Program-made: the position numbers and the translations under genes | The notes under the pieces: generated by a model | What the model was told of the DNA's origin: nothing | Seen by the model: only the letters and a program-made list of their open reading frames with translations | Database searches by the model: none | Shown: positions 32,901 to 45,185 of the stretch, one piece after another | Layout of the letters: every line of letters starts with the position of its first letter | Numbering within the stretch: the stretch's first letter is position 1 | Origin: Azolla caroliniana | Lineage: Eukaryota > Plantae > Polypodiophyta | Direction of reading: 5' to 3' | Length of the DNA stretch: 64,000 nucleotides | NCBI GenBank assembly: GCA_043228905.1 | Contig: JBHGNT010000001.1 | Coordinates: 24,056,001 to 24,120,000 of the forward strand

Positions 32901-34147
32901 CTCTTCTTCATTTTAAAACTCGTTCCTAACTTTGGCCTTGACAGTGGCCTTCCGAGGCATTGCTCCTTGTTCGAACATGTTTTTCTTCGACCAACATGGA
33001 GTGAAGATCGAAGAAGGAGGGCGGATTCTCCCGTGGTAATACGGCAGTCCTCATCGCTCCGAACCGTGGTGCAAGGCCGTCAAGGCATATTTGCACCATC
33101 TCATCATCGTCCACATTGACGTTTATCGAGCCGAGCTAGTCGCAAAGCTCCTTGATCTTCAAGGTGTAGCTCGTGATGGACATATCCCTTTGTTGGATGT
33201 TGTTCAACTCTTGGCGGAGTTGAAGCTTTCTCGTGGTTGTGTTGGCGGTGAAAATATTTCGTAGATTCTCCAACGCTTCCTTTGGCGTCTCGGCTTCTCG
33301 AATGTAGCCGAGCATGTGGTCGTTAACACATGTCTCCAAGCAATACATCACTCGACTTGTCGCTTGCTCCCATGTTGCGTAGTCGGCGTCTTTCAGGTTG
33401 GGTCGGTTTTCTTGTGCTCCTTTGATGTAACTCCAATAGCCTTGGCCGACAAGGTATTGGTGCATCTTGTACTCCCAAGATGCAAAGTTGTTTCGATCTA
33501 GCTTCTCGCTAGGGAGGGCACTCCCCATTTGAGTATTCATTGTTGATGAAGATTTCTTCCTTCTTTTCTTTTCCTTCTCTCTCGAATACGAGCTATGTAA
33601 TCGCATTATGATAGTGATGAACCGGTTCTTCTCGAACATCAGCGTAGAACACAAACACGCAAATGGGCTAAATCGAGATACCAAACTGCTCTGATACCAT
33701 GTAAAGAATCGGGTATGATTCGTGTGTAGCAAAAGATATGTGTGTTATGTGTACGTGTGAGAGGAATTAGAGGAGAGAAGAGAGAACACAAGATATATAG
33801 AAAAAGGAATACTCAAGGAGGTGTATATTCACAAGTAGAATAACAAATACAAAATGTAGCATTACAAGGAGTCACAACTGACTTAGTATGAAGTATGAGG
33901 AGGGTGCTTTATATATAGTCACCCTCTATCTTCATTAACTAACTACAACAACCACTCTCTCTTGGGGAATGTGAAGACTCATAGTCATGGGGAATATGTA
34001 ACTCATTACTTATGTGTCATAGAATATGATTTTATGACACATAATTAATGTGTAGAGAGTAGCGGTGTGACTCTTGTCCTTTGAGTAATCATAGATTCTC
34101 AAAAGGTGTGTTCACACATTGCACTATTTTGAGCTTGATTCTCAACA

Positions 34148-34466
34148 GTAAGGGTGAGAGAGAGACAGAGACAGAGTGAGCAGACAACAAGTTTTTTATT
34201 ACAAAAACTCAGTACTCGATTACAATGAATGTGCTCAAATAGCACTTTATATACAAGCCCTGATGAGTGCTCATTAACTGAGCCTGCCTCTAACTCTGCC
34301 TATAATATTCCTATTTACTAAAATAGGAATATACGCCCCTAATGTCCAGCCGAGTCGGTTTACCAACATATTCGACTTTTGGCTTATTCAGCCGATTCGG
34401 ACCTAGCCGATTAGTCTCCATCTGATCCAGCTCTCGACTTCTTCAGCCAAGCATGCTCGCTCAACA
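34148..34466 (-). mobile_element. Probable remnant of another LTR
   Basis: Ends in TCAACA, has a minus-strand TATA (CACTTTATATAC) and LTR-like composition; no partner or TSD seen. Confidence 0.4.
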
Positions 34467-35633
34467 CCAATCATCCACACCATATTATAGTCATCGATTG
34501 TTAATAGTAACCAACATATATCTATTTTTTGTTATGTTCATACAAATACAAGGGTTTCCTTGAGGAACTAGAATGTTCGTTCCACAAACACCTTCCATCA
34601 AATCTTGTTTACCTTCAAACATTATTAAGAGAAATTAGAAATGATTGGTTCCTTTCGTGATGTGTAAAAGAGAAAGAAATTTAGCGACATATATGATACT
34701 CTTGTTGCCAATGTTTAATCGACAACAATTGAAGTTAAGAATGAACCATGCCTCTAATATCATAGTCAATGAGAAATTGAATATTGGGAGATCAAGAATA
34801 AAATACTAGATGGATCCATTGGTCTAATGCAATAAGATAATTGAGTTGGTCGAAGATAAGAACGTGAAAGTCTACAATGAAGACAACGATGTTCCAATAT
34901 CTACGATGTCATTGTTGATGAAAGTTTGACTTTGAGGAGATAGGGAACGAGAAGCACAATGTCCCTGTCTCCTCCCAATAGTAAGAATTATGGGAAATAA
35001 AACAATTACTCTCTTGAACATGGCGAGACAATATAGAATGAAGGTGACATAATACCCTCCCCACATCTACATTGTCATCGAGGAGTGAGAATAGAGCCAA
35101 TCGACACAAAATTATAGTGAAACAATATTGGGAGAGGATCATAGAGCGCAAAGACAAAGTTGAAGTCGTACGGCATACTCGAAGCGTCCGAAGCTCGGGT
35201 GTGAATGAGTAGTCGAGGGGATTGGGGCAAGATTAACGTGGGGCACAAGAGACAAATTAGAGCAACAGATGAGGAAGCATGCGATGATAGGGATAGGGAC
35301 AGGGAAAGGGTCGGAACGGATCCAAGGATTAGGATGTGAGGGGTTTTGAGGCGAGAGGTGCGGATGTAGGAAGAAGAATGTGAAGAAGCGGAATTAGAGG
35401 GAGGCAGGCCGCCCATCCAGAGATCTCCAGAGATGTCCGGAGACGTCGGGACGGGGATGGGGGGGGTTGCAAACGCACCTTCACTTCATTTTTTCAAATG
35501 CCTTGTTAGAGAGGCGTTGACTGTGTCTCTTGAATGAATGGGTCTTTGGAGCTTGACTTGCAAAAGCGCGTTGAAAATTATCTCTATTCAGGAATCAATG
35601 ACTTCTTTGCCCCCCCCCCCCCCCCCCCCCCCC

Positions 35634-35669
<36 letters not shown>

Positions 35670-37695
35670 TTTTCCTTCTTCTTCCTCTTCTTCTTGGTTC
35701 CTCCTCTCAGATCCATCTTCTTCTGCATCTTCCGCCATGAGGCCCCCAACCTTTCTTCGGGTCACATAACGTATCTTTGTTCCCAGTTTCAGGTTTGTCC
35801 TCTCCTTTCTGATGATTGTTTCATGCTTGATATTATCATCGTCTCCATGATTTCTAAGAAGAGAATATGAAAGGATGAATATGGTTTCTATGAGTTGTAA
35901 GAGAGAAAGATAGAGAGATTCGTGCTGCCTGTTTTCCATGAATTGGAAGACATAATAATGGTGGAGATTTAGTGTCTGATTTCCATGAATTTTCATAGAT
36001 AATGGTGGAGGTTACCTTGATCATATGTCGGATTGCCATGAGTTCTACAGTATAACATTTTGAGTTTAGACTTGATAGTGTCTCATTTCCATGAATGTCA
36101 AGAGATCATGATGGAGATTAGAAACCCCTGCCCACCTTTTGGCTTCAATGATTGCTCTGTGTGCCTCATAATCTAAATACTAAGAATAGGCCTTCAGAAA
36201 ATTGCTATTTTTGCACAGAAGCAGTTGAAGAGAGGATGATGGATGTTTAGAAAGAGACACTAGAATTGTCAGATGCAGAGAAAATGTTTAAGACAGAGTG
36301 ATGACAATTTTGTTGAATAGTATGAAAGTAAGCCTTCAGAGATGGATGGATTCTATAAATAATAAATACATTAAGGAAGTGTGACCGATTTGTTTGAATT
36401 GTATGACAGCAAGCCTGCAGAAAATTGTTTGCTTTCTGTACAAAACAATTTAAGAGGATGCCATGGAGCTTCAGAAAGAATGAGGATTTTGTTTTTAAAA
36501 AGCTCAACATTTTCTCCATGCTGTACAAAAGTATTAACAAAATATGATGGATTTTCTTCATTCGAAAGACTTGAGGATTTTTTGATACAAACCTTCAAAT
36601 TTTATTTAATTCTGCACGGCATTATAAGGGAGTATGCTGGATATTGATAAAACGCCTTCCAAAATGTTTGGATTCTGCACAAAGATGTTAAAAAAAGAAT
36701 GATGGATTTGTTGAGACAAACATTCAGAACATGTTTGATTATGCATTAAAATATAAGGGAGTATGTTGGAATACAATGCATCTAGAAATGTTTGGATTTT
36801 GTACAAAAAATATTTAACAAAGAATGATGGAAATTTTATTAAATTGTATAAAACCACATATTTAAGAAATTGATGGAGTTTAGAGAGTTCGAGAATTTTG
36901 CTGATTCAAACCTTCCCAAATTGCGGCCCTGCAAAAAAGAGAGCTTAGAAAGCATAGTTGAGTTTTATTGAACTGATAAAAATGAATCTATAGAGAATTG
37001 TTTGCTTGTTTGACATTTTTTATAAGAGCATGATGGAGACTGAGAATAACGGAGAATTTTGTTGAATAGAATACTTCAGAAAGCTCTTGCATTCTGCACA
37101 AGAAGTTTTTAGAGAGCATGAAAAATAGATCAAGACTAAGGATTGTGCCAATGCATGACTACAAAAATTGTTCTCTTTCTGTCCAAAAGGATGAAAAGAG
37201 GATGATGAGATTTAGGAAAGTCTAATGATTTCATTGATCCATATGAATTCAGAAGTAGTTAGATTCCACAAAAATCTTTAAGAGTGACATAATGGAGATT
37301 TAGAGAGGTGGTGAATTTTGCCGAATTTTACGAAAATGAGTCTTCAAAAACTGTTGGATTCTGCACAAAAAGTCTTTAAGAAGCAAAGATGTAGATTTAA
37401 GAAAGGAGGATTTTGTCAATTGAAGAAGCTTCTGAACTTTGTAGGAAAGTTAAGAAGATAGTGGTGAAGGTTTTCTTGATTTATATGGAAAAACATGTCT
37501 TTCAGGACACGTTTTGGCTTGATATCTAGAAAGGCTGAGGATATTTAAGGTTGGTTTTGCACCTTAGCAAGATACAAACGGACGTTTTTTCTTCATATTG
37601 ACAGATAGAGGGGCTATCGATCCATTCATATAGTGCTAACAACCTCACGGGAGCTTCTCTATATAGGAGGTGCAGCATCTTGCTGCAACACAGCC

Positions 37696-40600
37696 ATGAC
37701 CTCCCTGTGTAGCATTTTTGCTGGGAGTGAGCAGCCAATCGACAATTCGAGTGGTGGTGGTCAAAGGTACGATGATCTGTTCACTATTTAGATGAAGTGG
37801 GAAAAAAAGTATTGTTGTTGTGTGTGTAGTAACATCAAAATGTTTCCTTTTCATAGAGTTATTAAAATGTTTAGTCGAAAGCAGTGAATGCTAAACCCTA
37901 AACCCTAAACCCCATCTTAGTGGAGAGTAAGGTTGTACTTTATGTGATTGTTTCAAAATTGTTTCCCCTATTTAGGCTTAGTTAGTAAAACGAGAGTAAG
38001 GTTGTATTTGATGTGATTGTTTCAAAATGTTCAGAAGTTTTCAAACTTGTTTCCCCTAATTTAAAATTGTGGCTCAGTTAGTAAGTTGTCCACAAGGTTA
38101 TGTATAAAGTACATATAGTGACATTCGAGCTTGGGTGCAAAGGTTAGTAAAAACTTGGCTTACCATCAAGGTACAGCCCTGACACGAAAAATGATGAGTA
38201 AAGAGTACACTCACCTTGAGTTGCAAAGCGAACCTCAAAAACAGAGCAACAAGGAAAAAATTAGGCTTCCTCTTAGTGAGAACAGTGTAGAACGTGTTAA
38301 AAAGTCATATAACAGATACGGTGAATTTTTGCAATGCCAGGAGGTGATTGGGACTGGGGATGCAATGTGAGGGGTTGTGAGAGTAGCATTTAGTGATTAC
38401 AGATACAAAACATGTACAAGAAAAACTACATTTTTTATTAGATGGATTCTAAGCATTGGAAATTTACGAGCCTTCTTGATGTCAATCTATCATCAAGAAT
38501 CTATATTTCAGTGCAGGAGATAAATGTCCAGTATTTCTCCACTAATGGGAACTAAGTGATTTTGTTTTACTATTGAATGACTCATCTTGATTTGTTCTAT
38601 TTGTTTTCTGGTTAGTGATGATATGAAATGTAGTTATGGATATTCAAGTTATCGTGGAAGGAGGCCCTCTATGGAAGATTTCTATCAGGCAGTATTTGCC
38701 AAATCGTGTAACATCACTGTTGGGTTATTTGGCGTTTTCGATGGTATGTGAAGAATATCCTCCCTCATTTGTTCATGTTTATTTATGTGAGAGAATAAAA
38801 ACAAGCAAAATTATTTGCACACAAAATACCCCTTTTAGTACAAGAATTGTATTCTAAGTGTCTCTTCAGAGATTTCCCACTGGCTCTCCAAGGTGGATTA
38901 ATATCTGTTCTCAAATCAGCAAGAGAGAAAGTTATAGACATCTATAGCTTTGAATATAATAGAATAGATGTTTTTTTGTCAATGATGAGGCCAGTTTTGA
39001 CATATGGGACCAAATCAACATATCAACTTGTATGTGACTCCTTTCTAAGAAGTGGGGTTACTACTCTGTAGTAAAAACTCTATACGACAATAATGCACAC
39101 ACATATGTGCTCACCCTTCTTGGTGGAAATTTGAGTACGACACTTACACTACATGCCCATCTAACAAGTCATCGTATTTCTTGCGAATTGCCTTATACAC
39201 TGAGCATGCGATAAGTAAATGAAGAAATTTCAAAGTAATAAAGTGTTTAGATGGGTATTGGCATCTATAGTCTCCTAATATGATCTTCATTGGCTTTGTG
39301 TTCTATTTGAAAGAGTCAAAAGCACTTATTTTCCACGAGCTTCATGACCTGATAGAGGTGTGAAGATCTTGCTAACTGTACAGGATTTATACCATACCCC
39401 TGATACTCTTGCTCTCTTGCCTTGATGGCACTAAAAGTTCTAAGGACCCGGAAAAATTAGCATGAGGTTTGGAAAAACAAGGTAAGAGTTAAGGTATTCG
39501 AAAGAAAAACTTCTAATGCCCCCCATCCCCCACAACAAAATAAACTTGGTGGTTATATCAGCCGAGATCAGAAGGTTATGCATTCTTAAGTATGTCAAAA
39601 TGTACGGAAGCATAAAGAGATAGATAGATAACGCTCAGGCAATTGCAGATCAGTAGGTAAAGTTGCCCCAGCAGAGACCAGAACGTCATGCAGAGATTCA
39701 TGTCTTACATTCCATAATGGCATCTAATAGAGTTGTAGTTATATTGAGATTTGAATCCGGGTGCATGGGTTAATAAAAACATGGGTTACCACTAGGGCAC
39801 AAGCTTTAGTATGAGATAAAAAGATAGATAAATATTTCAGCGTTTATAAGAGACCAAAATATGATCTATTTTAAGAGGGGAGAGAGGTGGGGGGAAGGGG
39901 GAAGGGGGAAGGGGAACGTAGGGTTAAATACATGAACTCGTGTCTACTAAATAGCCTCATCATGCCTACATTTCTGACGATTATCTATTAAACCAGTGGG
40001 AATTGTCCATAGATCTATGTTTTAATAAACTAGGATACAAACTCAATACAAATAAAATGCAAGAGAGAGAGAATATATCTCTGCATTTGCTGCAGGTCAT
40101 GGAGGCCCTCGTGTTGCAGATTTTGTATGTAAAAACCTTTTTAACAATTTGATACAGAATCCTCAGTTCATGACAAATACCAAAAATGCAATTGGTAACA
40201 TCCTTTGACATTTGTTAGTTGAATCCCAATCACTTTTAGATCATGCTTTCTCTGAAGCATTTATTTTTCTTTTGAATGTCTGTGTGGTATTAGTTGAAGC
40301 ATTCCAGCAAACAGACTCAGAGTTCTTAGAAACTGAGAGTAATACAGAGCATGAGTATGATGCTGGATCAACTGCCTCAACTGCAGTTCTGGTGGGAGAT
40401 CGGCTTCTTGTTGCAAATGTAGGGGATTCTAGAGCAGTTGCTTGCAGGGATGGAAAAGGTAATAATGCTGAAGACTAGCTGATGTTATTACATTCAGCAG
40501 AAATATTCATGTAAGGCCCTTTGATGCTATTTATTCCACTGAAGCTTGCACGCAAGGCCCTTTGATGATATGTCAGATTCAGCTTAATACAAATATAGGG

Positions 40601-42265
40601 GATTCTACACAGTTGCTTGTAAAGATGGAAACAATATGCTGAATGCAAATTGGTAGTCAAGTGTTGTCCTTTGAATACATTTATGACTGTATGATGTTAT
40701 TACATTCACTTGATGCTACTATGTTCAGTTGAAATGCGCATGTATGGCTACGTTTCTTGCCTTTACATTACCCTTGTGTAAATGTGAGATCATTTGCTAC
40801 AAATGTGTTCATCTAAATACATGTAGTTATTAAGAAAACCAGTAGTTATAATTTCTTAATGGAAATCTGCAGTGTGAAGTCTGTACCATAAAGAAATGTC
40901 AAGTGCATTTTGAAGAAGATTCCAAAACATCTCAAAGTAGCAAAAGCAGGGCTTTTTGATGTTTGGGAATAATGAGAAACTTTTTATGCTTGGGGATATT
41001 TCTGTTTGCAATAAATTAATTGCAGCTTGATTTTGAAACCTTAGGATTCCACATTGTGCTGTATTGTTGCATCAAATGTCAACATTTGTTTTGTTTCATT
41101 TTCATTTGTTTCCATATTAATGGGTGACAGTTGATTTCTGCAGCTGTTGCCTTATCAATTGATCATAAGCCTGACCATGAGGATGAACGTCAGCGTATTG
41201 AAGAAGCTGGTGGAGTCGTTACATGGGCAGGTTTTTTTCACTTCTCTTATATAGAACACTTTTAAGTCCAACACGTCGTTATAAAATTTCACAAAATAAA
41301 GTCCCCTATACCCATGCGATTTTCTTTATCTCCAGAAAATCCCCCCCTCCCTCCCTCCCTCCCCCCTCGAAAGCAACCTATATCTGCTATTTGAGCAATT
41401 ATATGGTTAGTAAATTTCATTCCCATTTTCTCAATCATATCTGCCCTTTGAACAATTATGTATGGTCAATTGATCATGTTTTTCGAGGGTTGATCAGGTA
41501 CATTTGGAAAATAAGAAAATTCCAGGGGCGTTTTGGATTTTTTTCTCAAAAAGTATTCTTCACTTCTTGTTTTGCGAATGTGGGCAATAACAGGAACTTG
41601 GAGAGTAGATGGAATCCTAGCTGTATCCAGAGCTTTTGGTGACAAGAATTTGAAACAATATGTTGTTGCAGATCCTGATATTAAAGTAGGTTCTCCATTT
41701 CCCAATCAAAACAGTTTAGATTCAAGAAGATCTCATAATCTCATTGGATTCTTCATAGCATTTCTTTTACATTTTCAGGAAGAGATGGTAACAAATGGGG
41801 TAGATTTTATAATTGTTGCTAGTGATGGTCTTTGGGATGTTGTTTCAAATGAGGTACATACTTGATAGGAAAAACTCTGAAATACCCCCGTGTTTTTCAT
41901 TATTTCCTCAAATGGCTCTGAGTTTTAGTTATATCCCTAAACTCACTTGTTAAACCCCGGAGTGAGGGGAAGAGAGAGGACTCAGCCATATAACTTGATT
42001 GTAGGCGTGTTTGGGGAATTAATGGAAACTTCAGGCATTTGGGGAAATACATAAAAACTTTGGGGCATCTTGTAAAACTGATTTCAAAAGTTTGCCCCAA
42101 AAGCACGACTTTTCATGTCTCATTTCTATATAGGAAGCAATCTCGATGGTTCAATCCATCTCGGACGCAGAAGAGGCTGCCAAGAAGCTTACAGAAGAGG
42201 CTTTCTATAGAGGGAGCAATGATAATATCACATGTATTGTTGTTCACTTCCATAACAGAGGATAG
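37696..42265 (+). CDS. Protein phosphatase 2C (clade F / WIN2-like), 8 coding exons
   Basis: Exons ~37696-37766, 38616-38743, 40096-40194, 40294-40458, 41144-41230, 41594-41685, 41779-41853, 42134-42265 with GT-AG introns; motifs [59 protein letters not shown]. Start codon is uncertain. Confidence 0.9.
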
Positions 42266-44636
42266 TGGAACTTGATGTAAGACAAATATGTTGTACAAGT
42301 TGTTTGTTGTTTGCGAGACACATACAAATTACCATCAAGTCTTGATCATGTGAATATTCGGCTTGTGTATTTGAAATGATGTAGTACTCTATTTATTTAT
42401 TTTTTGTTTATGTTTGGTGTATCATGAGTTTTTGATTGATTCAAGTCTCTAATCTTTATACGCCAATTAATATGATCAATTGTTTGATACAAAAAAATAG
42501 GCCAAGCCAAGCGCTTTTCCAAGAAGCAAATATGATTGCACACGCTCACACACTTACGTGTGTATATATACCCATACCCACTTTGTGTTTGTGTTGTGTA
42601 TGCTTAATAAATAAAGCGGAAATATCGAAAATACCCTTCAAATATTAGGATATTATCAATATTTCGTCTTGTCTTTCATAATATGTATATACTTGTGGAG
42701 ATGAAACAATATTATATACTTTTTATTAATACCAATGGAGCATATGTTTTATGTATAAAAAAAAGTCAAAATATACCACTTGTCTAAAGTATCATATAAC
42801 GTTAAGTTTCTTGTAAAATTCAACACTTAACAAGGTTATCTTTTTCCTTAAATTCAATGCTTAATTACCATCCTCGATCAAAACACTAAGCATGCTATCC
42901 ATGACTATTAATAAGCATCCTCATCCTAGGAATTTTAGTGTTATAGCTATTAGGAAAACTATTTTGATTATGCACTCAATGTAGGGAGAAACTAAGTGTA
43001 TGGGCTTTTTTTTAACCAAAGGAATATGCTTTAACTAAAATTGAAAAAATGAGGGTTTAATCCCATGCAATATTTTAATGAATTATTCAATATTTTCTCA
43101 TACATAATCAGAAGCCCTATATGTTCATCATTAAGAAGTGGCTAAATGACTCATTATTTGTAGCTAATTATTATAGAAACATTTATATGCATTGATGTAA
43201 ATACACCAACATACCATGTTGTGTTTGAGTGCCTTTAGCACATATGCTTTCAAGGATTTGCATAACATGATACACACAAACGTTCATTACATGCAAATCT
43301 TACAAGAAGTGGAATTGCTTCAAATAAATGTAGAAAGAATATTACAACGTTAAAAATCGTGGAAATAAAATTGCCTTCAATATAATGAGATGCATAACAC
43401 TTATAAAGGATCTTTCGAGGGAAAACCTAAATTGCCCGTGTGGAGCAAAAGCTAAAATGCCCAAATTGTGTTTATTGTGGATGGTAATATATTGTCTAGG
43501 AAACCCTATATTAGACACACAAAAAGTGCAAAGGACTCCAAATCTTGTGCTAAAAATTTAGAGAGCTAGTAGGAAGTTTTTGAACTAATGCACAAAGAGG
43601 CACACGAGCACCACTACGTTGATGTGATGTAGACAAACACAAGTTTTTGTATGCAAATTTTATTGGGACGGTATGAAGGATGGGCATGTCTTTTAATTGA
43701 ACGTGCAAGCACAAATAAAGAGAAGGGAATGAATAACTAGTCCTTAAAAACACATTATATATGTCGTGCATATACAAAACAAATATATCCCAATAATGGC
43801 TCAGAAATTAGGTCATTATTAAATGTCCAGGCCATAGTGACACATAAGGTATGGAAAACATTCTCTACATTTTCTTACAAAACCAACACATTAGGAAGAG
43901 AGCGAAGTCTTCAACCTTTCTACAATATGACAATATGTATGGTTTATATGGTGATGAATTGGAGCAAATGGTCCACTTTAACCAAAGTGTTGAGATGGTA
44001 TTTCAAGAGAATTCTTCAACATTTAATTTCTCTTCCATTGTATGTGCCATTAATGTCATAGCGAGCTCTTTTCTGACTTCTCTATGATTGGAGGGAACAT
44101 TAAGGCTTAAGGTATTTTAAGCTTTCTTGGGTTTCAAGTGGCTACATGAATTGTTCTTATTTCGAGACTTCACAAGCCATAACCTTCTTTTTAAACTAAT
44201 TTAGGCTCAACTTTGAGTGTGTGGAACTTTTTGCCACACACATTGACTTTTGGAACATGTGTGACTTCCTAGAGCACATTGAACTCCCCTCCCCTCCATC
44301 TAATTTCAGTTCTCGCTTTCAACACCAAACAGAGAAGAGTTGTAATACAATTACAAGGAATTAATTGGTGGTTTTTGCTACAATGCAGAATTTGGTTGAG
44401 GAGCAAGATGAGAGATCACCAAAAAGAGAACGAGAGAGACATTGCAATGAGATTATGTTCTTTGCGAGAACCACTTGGAGGGAGGTCATTATGCGGGAAT
44501 ACATCACTGTCTACTCGTGCACACACACACACACTCTCTCTCTCTCTCTCACTCACATGACCAATGTAATAGCATGCATGTACTCATTGTCGATGTAGAA
44601 GGACTCATTGTTTCATCATCAATGCAACGAAAACAC

Positions 44637-44667
<31 letters not shown>

Positions 44668-45020
44668 CCAACGCAACAACAAACAAACACAGTAGACACA
44701 CAAACTCACTTCAGATGCAAGTTAACACACGAACATATGATGCCCAGAGGAGCCGACTCATACAAAGTGGTGGTCCGAATCCACACTCAACTCATGCACA
44801 CAAGGCTCGAGTCAGACTCATTGACTCTTGATTCTCTCTCCACTCTTGACCCTTGAGTCTCGACTCTCGACTCTTCTCTCTCTCTGCAGTGGTATGTACA
44901 TTGTACGCACCATGGGAGAAATGGCAATGCCAATATGTATATGTATGTACATAGATATATGATATATGTATGTATGTCCATTTATTTGACTCTACTCTTA
45001 GTTAGAGTCTACACTTACTC

Positions 45021-45057
<37 letters not shown>

Positions 45058-45077
45058 ACACACACACACAGATTCAC

Positions 45078-45086
45078 AAACCCTAA
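45078..45086 (+). promoter_or_regulatory. Telo-box upstream of eIF3L
   Basis: AAACCCTAA 100 bp before the ATG; telo-boxes are typical of plant translation-machinery genes. Confidence 0.6.
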
Positions 45087-45185
45087 AAATTTCATCTCTT
45101 CCCTGCCCGCTGTTCCACTTTCTCCTGCTACGCAAAGAAACAGCGCGGGAGGAAAGCAGACACACAGGTAGGCAGGCAGGCAGCT

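Larger units (their letters stand above)
15737..32943 (+). mobile_element. Element B: older, decayed Tcn1-like chromovirus hosting elements C and D
   Basis: LTRs 15737-16169 and 31831-32943 (diverged, termini mutated); TSD GTGGC (15732-15736/32944-32948); gag 16322-17451; pol pieces 17452-17662, 23911-24752 and 29244-31830 homologous to A, with a chromodomain and many stops/frameshifts. Confidence 0.93.
14795..34147 (-). mobile_element. Element I: Ty1/copia, 3'-truncated, split by insertion B (pieces 14795-15736 and 32944-34147)
   Basis: 5' LTR ~33700-34147; PBS TGGTATCAGAGC (tRNA-iMet, 33688-33699); gag EKLDRNNFASWEYKM..LQLRQEL; gag-pre-integrase LWHKRISH..CAPCQFGKQ, ending abruptly at ~14800; stops and frameshifts. 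Confidence 0.85.

Noticed and set aside
34500-35460. Possible hAT DNA-transposon remnant (YVHTN-like peptide, GGGACGGGGA motifs)
   Set aside because: No TIR pair, TSD or sustained reading frame could be established.
43380-44100. Possible MULE/GRF zinc finger or transposase relic (CPCGAKA)
   Set aside because: Too short and degenerate to support.
44500-45070. ORFs over CA/CT/TATG microsatellites (also 35600-35700 and 54190-54500)
   Set aside because: Translations are simple-repeat artefacts in promoter/UTR regions.
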